Part shown: positions 28,436-36,900 of the stretch, in pieces
How positions within the stretch are numbered: position 1 is the first letter of the stretch
How the letters are laid out: the number at the start of each line of letters is the position of its first letter
NCBI GenBank assembly: GCA_964392315.1
Contig: CAYMOT010000002.1
Coordinates: forward strand, 228,365-270,893
Length of the DNA stretch: 42,529 nucleotides
Reading direction: 5' to 3'
Source of the DNA: an uncultured Candidatus Saccharibacteria bacterium
GTDB taxonomy: Bacteria; Patescibacteriota; 4484-211; JAGQKX01
Program-made: the position numbers and the translations under genes
Notes under the pieces: model-generated
The model's database searches: none
Told to the model about the DNA's origin: nothing
Seen by the model: the letters and a program-made list of their open reading frames with translations, nothing else

Positions 28436-29685
28436 AAAACAGCCTCCTCTCCAGTTAATTTTTCATAGCGTTTGATAATGAGGTCACAGAAAATTGGCTC
28501 GATTTCCATCATGAAGCAGGTTCGGTTCATCTGTTCGCACGCAATCAGCGTTCCACCGGAACCTCCATAAACATCCACCACAACATCACCTGGCTTGGTG
28601 CAGCGTCTTAATGGCTTCTCATGAAGCGTCACCGGCTTTTCGGTAGGGTGTTCGTAGTCTTGTCCAGCAATGCGCTTGACGAGCCAAATATCAAGTAAAT
28701 CCAAGATGTCATCAATCGTTCGGTTTCCGGTATCAATATCCTTATTCAGAATCTCGGTAAACTTAGTTGCAGTTGGTGAAAGATACGGATTACCAATAGT
28801 GCCATACACACACGGTTCATACACCTTACTAAATGCAACTTGTGACGTCATATTGGCGTTGTTCTTGATCCACAGACAGACGCGTTTGTTTGATATGCCA
28901 AGCTGTGTGTAGATGGACTGGAGAAGTCCGATATATTTCTGATCACACCAATAGAAAAAGTGACAATTCTTCTTTGTGTGCTTTAATAGATTTTGTATTG
29001 TCTTAACAAGGAAATTACTATACTCATTATCTGATTTGCTATCATTCGTCTTACCTCCATAGCCCTTCCGAGAACCGATGCCTTTGTTGTAGTCGAGTGA
29101 AATATTATACGGAGGGTCGCAGTACACCAAGTCTACTTTATTACCGTTTAACAACCTGTCTACATCAGCAAAATTGGTAGCGTCTCCACAGAGTACTCTG
29201 TGTCTACCAACTCTATACATATCGCCAATCTTTGTTTTAGGGCTATTAATGTTCGCAAGTTCATCTTCTATGTTAAATTCATCATCACTAATCCCAAGCT
29301 GTTCATCCCAAATGGCTGATAAATCTGCATCATTAAAGCCTACGTCCATTAGCAATTCGATATCGAAATCTTTTAATAGTTCATAATCCCATGCACCGGT
29401 ATTTTGATTAAGGCGAAGATTGAGTTCTTTTTCGCGTTCAATTTCGGGAAGATCAATGTATACGACGGGTACCTCGGTATATCCAAGATTTTTGGCAATC
29501 TTCAGGCGGAAATGCCCACCAATAACGACGTTATTACGATTTTCTGCTGCGTTGACGATAATTGGGTCAACAATACCAAAACGTTTGATACTCTCTGTCA
29601 GATTATCAATAGCTTTCTGATCCCATGATCGGGGATTGTATTCAGAAGGATTAAGTTGTTTTATCTTTACTATATGTATCTTCAT
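28426..29685 (-). CDS. ParB N-terminal domain fused to a beta-class DNA methyltransferase
   Basis: ParB-like YNPRSW..FGIVDPII..GGHFRL, then CDPPY, HPTEKP, DVYGGSGG; start MKIH at 29685 (ORF open from 29733). Confidence 0.9.
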   Translation of the reverse strand: MKIHIVKIKQLNPSEYNPRSWDQKAIDNLTESIKRFGIVDPIIVNAAENRNNVVIGGHFRLKIAKNLGYTEVPVVYIDLPEIEREKELNLRLNQNTGAWDYELLKDFDIELLMDVGFNDADLSAIWDEQLGISDDEFNIEDELANINSPKTKIGDMYRVGRHRVLCGDATNFADVDRLLNGNKVDLVYCDPPYNISLDYNKGIGSRKGYGGKTNDSKSDNEYSNFLVKTIQNLLKHTKKNCHFFYWCDQKYIGLLQSIYTQLGISNKRVCLWIKNNANMTSQVAFSKVYEPCVYGTIGNPYLSPTATKFTEILNKDIDTGNRTIDDILDLLDIWLVKRIAGQDYEHPTEKPVTLHEKPLRRCTKPGDVVVDVYGGSGGTLIACEQMNRTCFMMEIEPIFCDLIIKRYEKLTGEEAVLCE

Positions 29686-29689
29686 AGTT

Positions 29690-29810
29690 GTAGAGCGTAA
29701 ATAAAAAAAGCGGACGCCTGGGAAGAAAATCATTGTATTGATTTCTTTCCAAACGCCCGCTTTCGTTCACGGACACATAACTCATTGTATTGAGTGTTAT
29801 TTAATTGTGA
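29690..29810 (-). ncRNA. Candidate cis-regulatory leader RNA (attenuator)
   Basis: Lies between a promoter and the first gene; two hairpins share the loop TCA-ATACAA-TGA; has an alternative anti-terminator pairing. Confidence 0.5.
29703..29763 (-). terminator. Intrinsic terminator-like hairpin (about 25 bp) with U-tract, in the leader of the ParB-MTase operon
   Basis: Minus strand: AAAGCGGGCGTTTGGAAAGAAATCA-ATACAA-TGATTTTCTTCCCAGGCGTCCGCTTT, with the 3' arm ending in a 7-T run. Confidence 0.75.
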
Positions 29811-29814
29811 CTAT

Positions 29815-29843
29815 AATGTATTCCAACCTCATCTTACTGTCAA
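29815..29843 (-). promoter_or_regulatory. Sigma70 promoter TTGACA-17-TACATT driving the MTase/terminase operon
   Basis: Perfect -35 at 29843-29838, 17-bp spacer, TAnnnT -10 at 29820-29815. Confidence 0.7.
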
Positions 29844-29955
29844 GCACATAATTAGATTACGGTTCTGCAGTTTATTGGCATATGCTCTCAAAATCTTGTT
29901 ACGACTATGACCAAAATCTTACAAACCAAGAGATTATCGTGTTATAATGCGGTAA

Positions 29956-32900
29956 ATGGCAGATATTGATAATATCCTTAGCAATTACACCACAGCAATC
30001 TCGACCAAATTTTCTCATGCAGAAACAAGTGAATTAGGATATCGTACGGATTTCGAACTACTTCTCAAAGGTGTTTTTGAATCCGTTAACATCACCCGAT
30101 TTGACCACGATGCCAAAGCTCGTCAAGGAAATAAGCCGGATTTTGTTGTGGTCAAAGATGATGTTCCGCTCTTATACATCGAGACCAAAGATATTGGTGT
30201 ATCACTAGACAAAGTCGAAAAGTCAGAACAAATGACACGCTATTTCGGCTATGCCAATCTCATTTTGACTGATTATGTTGAATTTCGGTTTTACCGAAAC
30301 GGTTTGGCATATGGTGAACCGATCAAGATTGCAGATTACGACAGTAAAGCACGTACCATCACTCCGCATTCAGAACATTACGAGTATCTTGCTAAGACAC
30401 TGATTGATTTCACTCAATCACACAAAGAACCGATTAAGTCTGGCAAGCACTTGGCAAAAATCATGGGAGGTAAAGCACAACGAATTCGCGACAATATCAA
30501 AGAAATACTCTCTAGCGAAAACGAGAGAAGTACCGAGTTACTAAGCGTATACGAAACCATAAAGAGATTACTGGTAAACGATCTGACCGAAGAATCATTT
30601 GCGGATATGTATGCCCAAACTTTGGTGTATGGCCTTTTTGTTGCCCGGTTCTACGATGATTCACTTGGTACATTCACTCGCCAAGAAGCTCGTGATTTGA
30701 TACCGGCCTCAAATCCATTCTTGGGTCATTTCTTTGACCATATCGCCGGGAGAAACTTTGAAAAACGACTCTCATATATTGTTGATGAGCTGTGTGAAGT
30801 GTTTACGCACGCCAATGTGGCGGACCTCATGCGACAACACTTCGAAACAACTTCTAAGAAGGGTACCCAACGTGGTCAGGATCAGGTGATTCACTTCTAT
30901 GAAGACTTTCTCAAAGAATATGACGATGTACTTCGTAAAAAAATGGGAGCCTACTATACCCCACTACCCGTAGTGCAATTTATTGTTCGGTCGGTCGATT
31001 ATTTACTCGAAAAAGAGTTTGGACTGACTGGTGGACTGGCGAGTACTGCCAAAACTGAAGATGGCGTGCACAAAGTACAAATTTTGGATCCCGCAGTCGG
31101 AACTGGTACGTTTATCAGTGATGTCATCGGCAAGATTTATACCCGGATAAAAGATAGCGGTCAAAAAGGACGCTGGCCTGCATATGTACATCATGAATTA
31201 CTACCTCGCATTTATGGATTTGAACTCATGATGGCTCCGTATACTATTGCCCATCTCAAGTTGAGTATGGCTCTTAAAGAAACCGGCTTTTTATATTTCA
31301 ATGAAACACGCTCAGGCAAAGCGCGACTTGGTATTTATCTCACCAATTCGCTTGAGGAAGTTAGTCAGCAACAGGATCTACTCGCCTTTGACTTTGGCGC
31401 CAGTATCGCCGAAGAGGCAAAAGAGGCTGCTAAGATCAAAAACGAAAAGCCAATTATGGTCGTCATCGGCAACCCACCATATAGTGTCAGTTCGTCGAAT
31501 AAAGGCAAGTGGATTACAGACTTAACCATGGTTTATAAGCATGGACTAAATGAGCAAAATATTAACTCTTTGTCCGATGACTATGTTAAATTTATTCGTT
31601 TCGCCGAACATTTTATTGAGAAAAATGGGAGCGGAGTTGTGGCGATGATAACAAACAACTCATTTTTAGATGGCATTACTCATCGCCAAATGAGAAAACA
31701 CTTACTGGAAACGTTCGATGACATCTATATTCTAAATCTTCATGGAGATACAAAAAAGAAGGAGGTTACCCCTGAGGGGAGAACAGATGAAAATGTTTTT
31801 GACATTCAACAGGGAGTGTCAATAAATATATTTGTTCGTAATAATTCAGAAAAGAAAGGTCCCGGTAAAGTTCACCATGTTGACTTATATGGAACAAGGG
31901 ATAACAAGTTTGAAATACTCAATAGCGCTACGATTAAAAATCTCAAGTGGAATACGATTGAAGTTGCTGACCCATATTACTTTTTTGTACCAAAGAATTT
32001 TGAGCTTGAAGAAGAGTACAGTAAAGGATTTAAACTTGATGAATCATTTATAAAATATAGTGCTGGGACTAAGTTTAGGAAGGATGGACTTTTGGTTAAG
32101 AGTCATTTTTCACCAGAGTCAGTTTTAAAAATGCTCGACGATATGCAATCACTACCAGTATCATCTTTAACTCAAAAATACGGATTCAAGGAAACAAACG
32201 ACTGGAAAGTAAGTGAAAAAAGGAAGCTTTTTGTGCAAAACGACGAAAACAACATTAGAAAAGTCTTATATAAACCCTTTGACTATCGCTGGACATATTA
32301 TCCCGTAAATTTTATCAATCAAATAATCCCTCGAGGAGATTCTAGGCTGAATTTAATGCAACATTTTATTCAACGTGAAAATATCGGTCTGATAACTAAT
32401 AGACAGATAGTAAATGAGGATTGGAGTCATATTGGTGTAACGCAAGTCTTAACTTCTCATGGAACTTATTACCTAGGTAATAAAGGACAAGACTATATAT
32501 TTCCGCTGTATTTGTATCATGAAAATGGAACTAAAACTTCTAATATAAAGATCGAGGTAGTTAACGAAATCGAGAAAACAGCTGGTCCGGTAACACCTGA
32601 AGATGTTTTAGACTACACTTTCGCTATCTTGCATTCACAAAATTATAGAGAAATATATAAGGAGTTTCTGAAGATTGATTTTCCACGTGTGCCCTATCCC
32701 AAAGACAAAGATACCTTTATAAAACTGATGAAGCTTGGGCAAGAGTTAAGGGAATTACATCTACTGGAATCAGCTAAAGTAAACAAATTTATCACTACAT
32801 ATCCCGTAACTGGTTCTGATACCGTCGAGAAACCCACATATAAAGAAGGTAATGTGTACATCAACGACGAACAATATTTTGGCAATGTGCCAGAAGTCGC

Positions 32901-33066
32901 CTGGAATTTTTGGATCGGTGGCTATCAACCTGCCCAGAAATGGCTCAAAGACCGAAAAGGTAGACAACTAACCAACGAGGATATTGAGCATTATCAGAAA
33001 ATCATCGTGGCGTTGGTAGAAACGGATCGGTTAATGAAAGAGATTGACAAAGTAATTGTCTTCTAG
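29956..33066 (+). CDS. Type IIG / Type ISP-like fused restriction endonuclease-N6 methyltransferase
   Basis: N-terminal KPD..IETK nuclease; GAYYTP, LDPAVGTGTF, GNPPY; C-terminal IDFPRVP..IGGYQPAQKWLKDR. No helicase domain. Extended -10 TGtTATAAT at 29940-29948. Confidence 0.9.
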   Translation: MADIDNILSNYTTAISTKFSHAETSELGYRTDFELLLKGVFESVNITRFDHDAKARQGNKPDFVVVKDDVPLLYIETKDIGVSLDKVEKSEQMTRYFGYANLILTDYVEFRFYRNGLAYGEPIKIADYDSKARTITPHSEHYEYLAKTLIDFTQSHKEPIKSGKHLAKIMGGKAQRIRDNIKEILSSENERSTELLSVYETIKRLLVNDLTEESFADMYAQTLVYGLFVARFYDDSLGTFTRQEARDLIPASNPFLGHFFDHIAGRNFEKRLSYIVDELCEVFTHANVADLMRQHFETTSKKGTQRGQDQVIHFYEDFLKEYDDVLRKKMGAYYTPLPVVQFIVRSVDYLLEKEFGLTGGLASTAKTEDGVHKVQILDPAVGTGTFISDVIGKIYTRIKDSGQKGRWPAYVHHELLPRIYGFELMMAPYTIAHLKLSMALKETGFLYFNETRSGKARLGIYLTNSLEEVSQQQDLLAFDFGASIAEEAKEAAKIKNEKPIMVVIGNPPYSVSSSNKGKWITDLTMVYKHGLNEQNINSLSDDYVKFIRFAEHFIEKNGSGVVAMITNNSFLDGITHRQMRKHLLETFDDIYILNLHGDTKKKEVTPEGRTDENVFDIQQGVSINIFVRNNSEKKGPGKVHHVDLYGTRDNKFEILNSATIKNLKWNTIEVADPYYFFVPKNFELEEEYSKGFKLDESFIKYSAGTKFRKDGLLVKSHFSPESVLKMLDDMQSLPVSSLTQKYGFKETNDWKVSEKRKLFVQNDENNIRKVLYKPFDYRWTYYPVNFINQIIPRGDSRLNLMQHFIQRENIGLITNRQIVNEDWSHIGVTQVLTSHGTYYLGNKGQDYIFPLYLYHENGTKTSNIKIEVVNEIEKTAGPVTPEDVLDYTFAILHSQNYREIYKEFLKIDFPRVPYPKDKDTFIKLMKLGQELRELHLLESAKVNKFITTYPVTGSDTVEKPTYKEGNVYINDEQYFGNVPEVAWNFWIGGYQPAQKWLKDRKGRQLTNEDIEHYQKIIVALVETDRLMKEIDKVIVF

Positions 33067-33072
33067 GGATGT

Positions 33073-33999
33073 ATGGAAGAAATAATCCCTCAATTAGAAA
33101 TCTATTCACCTCCCGATGGACGAATTTGTTTTTGGTGTCTCAAACCTGTATACAATTCTACAAAGTATCACATTATCCCTACTTACCTAACTTCATATAA
33201 AAATCATGAATACACACTGCCTGAAGGTGTTGTTTGTGGTGATTGCAATAGTATGTTTTCCATTGCTGAAGGATTACTTGTCGAGTTTTTTCAAGAACGG
33301 CTTGTATTCTTCAACGTACCCAAAAGAGATTCATCGCTAAGATCTGAAGTTAAATCATCACTTTATGATTATGTTACTGTTTCCCCTGGTAAGATTTCAT
33401 ATGATCTTAACCAAGCAGGGTTTACGGCAGTGTCAAAAAGTATTGCATTGAGATTAAAAGACCGGGGATTCGATTCTTCTTACTATAAAGCAAAATTAGA
33501 CAAGGACAATAACCTTCATAAAAAAGGATTATTGCATTGTGTTATTGCCAAAATTGCACTTGAGGCACTTTACTGTTTTTGGAGTGAATCAGAAGGAGAT
33601 AAATATATTTATGAAGAAATACTTAAGAGTAGCTCTCACAACATTCATAAACACAACAAGTCTATCTACAATTTCATTAATAAGACGGACACCAGGGTTG
33701 TAAATAACGTGCTTATGCTGGGAAGCAAAGAAGGATTGTATTCTGATTGGAACCTGAACTATAACTATTTACAACTTTCCTATATCGAGAGTTACCCAAT
33801 CATTTGGGTTCGGATTCTAGGATTGCTGTTTCTTGTTAATTATTTGCCCAATGGAAATAAAGATCTATCCGAAACTGCAGTATGGGAATTGGTGAAAGAA
33901 CATAATAATAGCAAAATCGAATATTTTATAAGCAAAGCACAGGAAGAAAAACTTGGAGACTACCGCGTCGAGAATTTAAAGCGCTACTTTTTCCAATAG
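33073..33999 (+). CDS. HNH endonuclease-domain protein
   Basis: CFWC..HIIP..VCGDCN zinc-binding HNH pattern at the N-terminus. Confidence 0.75.
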   Translation: MEEIIPQLEIYSPPDGRICFWCLKPVYNSTKYHIIPTYLTSYKNHEYTLPEGVVCGDCNSMFSIAEGLLVEFFQERLVFFNVPKRDSSLRSEVKSSLYDYVTVSPGKISYDLNQAGFTAVSKSIALRLKDRGFDSSYYKAKLDKDNNLHKKGLLHCVIAKIALEALYCFWSESEGDKYIYEEILKSSSHNIHKHNKSIYNFINKTDTRVVNNVLMLGSKEGLYSDWNLNYNYLQLSYIESYPIIWVRILGLLFLVNYLPNGNKDLSETAVWELVKEHNNSKIEYFISKAQEEKLGDYRVENLKRYFFQ

Positions 34000-36900
34000 T
34001 TCTTTTAGTAGGGTTGATAAAGTTGCAGTAGATACCCTAATTCCTTTCTTAGTAAAACCAGTATAAGACTTTGTGGTGATGTATTTTCTCAAATCAACAG
34101 TATTTTCATCGGGCACGTGAATTTTTAGTACTGAGCTTTTTGAATTGAGCCACGGAACTTTTCTCTCTTGTCTGTCTTTGATAGTAGCCAATACAGACAC
34201 TTGAAACTCATCCAAATCTTTTTTATTGAAGCCAATCCCATGATTGGTAAAAATCTCTTGTCCATTAGACGTTATCTTTTCGTTGATCCAAATACCTGTA
34301 CCATCTTCTGTCTCAGAAACAACATAAGTTTTGTTATCATCTCGAACTTCAAACATTTCTTTGAATTCATAACTATGTGTATTTTGATTTGCCCTGCCTT
34401 CTTTCTTATCATCTTTTGATTTGAGGTTCCTAGTTTGTTTTTTGTTGTTTGTATTTCTTAAAACGGCAATGACTCCTTCTTCACCATTTTTTTCAACTTC
34501 CTGAGTACTTGAACCACTATCTCTTTCTTCAAACAATGTACTATTACCTTCTCGCTTATCTTCAGTGATTTGATTAACCGATTTCTGAATCTTGGCACTA
34601 TAGGAAATTTTACCCTTACCAAAGAGCTGATTCAGTTCAGTTATGAACGATTCACGCTCCTTACCCGCCCATAATGAGTATGGTATCCGAGCAAAAGTCC
34701 ATCCAGCACTCTCTAATATTGCTTGCCTTTCAATATCTGATTGAACATAAATCTCTGATTCTTCTGATTCGAAATGTGTAGGCCCATCACATTCTATTGC
34801 TACTTTTTTGTTTGTTTCAATTTCAGTTAATACAAAATCAATCTTAAAACCACAGCTTTCTACCTGGTTCTGTAGAAGATATTTCTCAGGAGGAAAATTG
34901 TTAAGTAAAAAGTAGTAGACTTCTTCTTCAAAGAAAGAATCAAAAGGATTTAATTCTTGCGAAAAGAAGTTGATCTTCCCATTTTCTTCAGCGTATTCAA
35001 GGTATTTTTTAATCCAGATCCCATCTGGCCAACTATCTTTTTCTAATGAAGAAACAATATGTACTTGTGAGCGTGCTCTTGAAAATGCAACATTAACACG
35101 TCCTGCATTGATAGGTGCGCGAATATCTCCTCCTTCACCTGTTAATGGGAGATAGCGATTCTTTTCATTGGGGTCTGTAATAACTAGAGAATAAATAATA
35201 ATGTCTCTTTCGTCTCCTTGTATGCCTTCGATACTAGAAACTTTTACATCATCAGCCTCAATATATTCAGATAATAGCTCTGCTTGTTCATTAAAAAAGG
35301 TGAGCACACCTATTGAGCAGTCCTTGGTTTTTGGATCTGATTTCAAATCTGCAATAAGTCCATTAATATAATTTACCTCTGCTAGATTAGTTTTCGAAGA
35401 TAAGTCACGCTTTCTATCAGGTTTGATTATATGCGCAAGAATAACTCTGCTTGTATCTTTGTAAGGTAAATAGTTAGTGTTTATAACATTCAACTTCTTA
35501 CCTTTCACTTCATAGAAGTATTTGTTTGAGAAGCCAATTAGTTCTCTCGGTGATCTATAATGGTTTAGTAAAGTTTCTTGAGAAAATCCGGATAAATATC
35601 CAATATCCAGAACCGACTTCACGGAATCACCTTCACTTTTAATCTGTAAATGATCTGGGATTTGATTTTTATCTGCAATTCTTTTCAATATTTTGTTTGA
35701 TTTGAATGAAATCGAATCATCTCTCATCTGCTCGCTATCTCCAATGAGGAGGATATGTTTTGTTCTATACATTGCGGGTATTACGTATGCAAGATTGCAC
35801 TGAGATGCTTCATCTAAGATGACGTAGTCAAACATATTTGTTTGAGCGGGAATAACTCTACTTGCATCTTCTAAACTCATTATCCATATTGGGATTAATT
35901 CCGAAAGGGTTTTGAAATTATCAGGGTCTTGTTTTAAATTATCAAAAGTTTTGTATGCACGTTTGCTTTTACTAAGCGCTCTTCCAATCCTAGCCGTGAT
36001 ACCTCTCACAGTTTGTTTTTGGAGTTTAGCCCTTAGATTATTACTAATCCTATTATTTATAAAGTGTCTGACTTTTGTGTGATAAGAAAGCTTTTCTTTT
36101 GCTAGTAGCCGATTGATCTCATTAGGATTATTTATCTTTAACTCTTTGATTTCTTGTGCTATTCGGTAATAATCAAAAACCTTCTTTAACACAGTATCGA
36201 CTGAATTATTAGCGCAAAGCTTTTTGAGTTTTTCGTAAGAATTTGAATCTAAACCTCCAACATTAAGCATTTCCTTAAAAGATTCATGTTCTTGAGGAAT
36301 TAATAGACTATATTCTTTAAATATTAAATAGTCTCTAAATGTATTAAGTTCGCTGATTAACTTGTTTTTGCTTATGTCTTGTATAACAAGCTGTTCTACT
36401 TCTTCGATAATTTCCCTTGGAAGTTCTCCGGACTCTTTAGGTAAACCATAGTTCAATAACGCAATATTATTTTTAAAAAAGCGCAGAAGCTTGTTCTTTC
36501 GATCATAGAATTTATCGTCAATGATATCGATTACTCTAGTTAAAGTTTCAGAATAGTTATTGCTAAAGTCTACAAACGTGAATTTCCTATTGTAGTCTGT
36601 TAACTTATCAACTCTTTCCGAAAAGTCTTGGTTGAAGTCAATCATTTCGTTAATACTTTTTTCACTTTGCAATAGATTTTCATAGTATTCAGGAGAAATG
36701 CTTTTTATCGTGGCACTAATATTATTACTTCCTATATCGTATTCTCGGAGTTCATTTCGTTTATGATCCAATTCGAAATAAAGTCGTTCTGTATCAATAT
36801 AATTGCTAAAACTTTCAGTAATCCTCTCTAATTGCACGGAATCAGGATTTCCATTGCCTTGAGTAGCATACGTAGATAGAACGTTATTTATTCCTGCAAG

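Noticed and set aside
25767-29733. Complete prophage
   Set aside because: No portal, capsid, tail, lysis or replication genes in the window
29889-29920. Direct repeat CAAAATCTT x2, 23 nt apart, upstream of the R-M gene
   Set aside because: Short, AT-rich and only two copies; cannot be distinguished from chance
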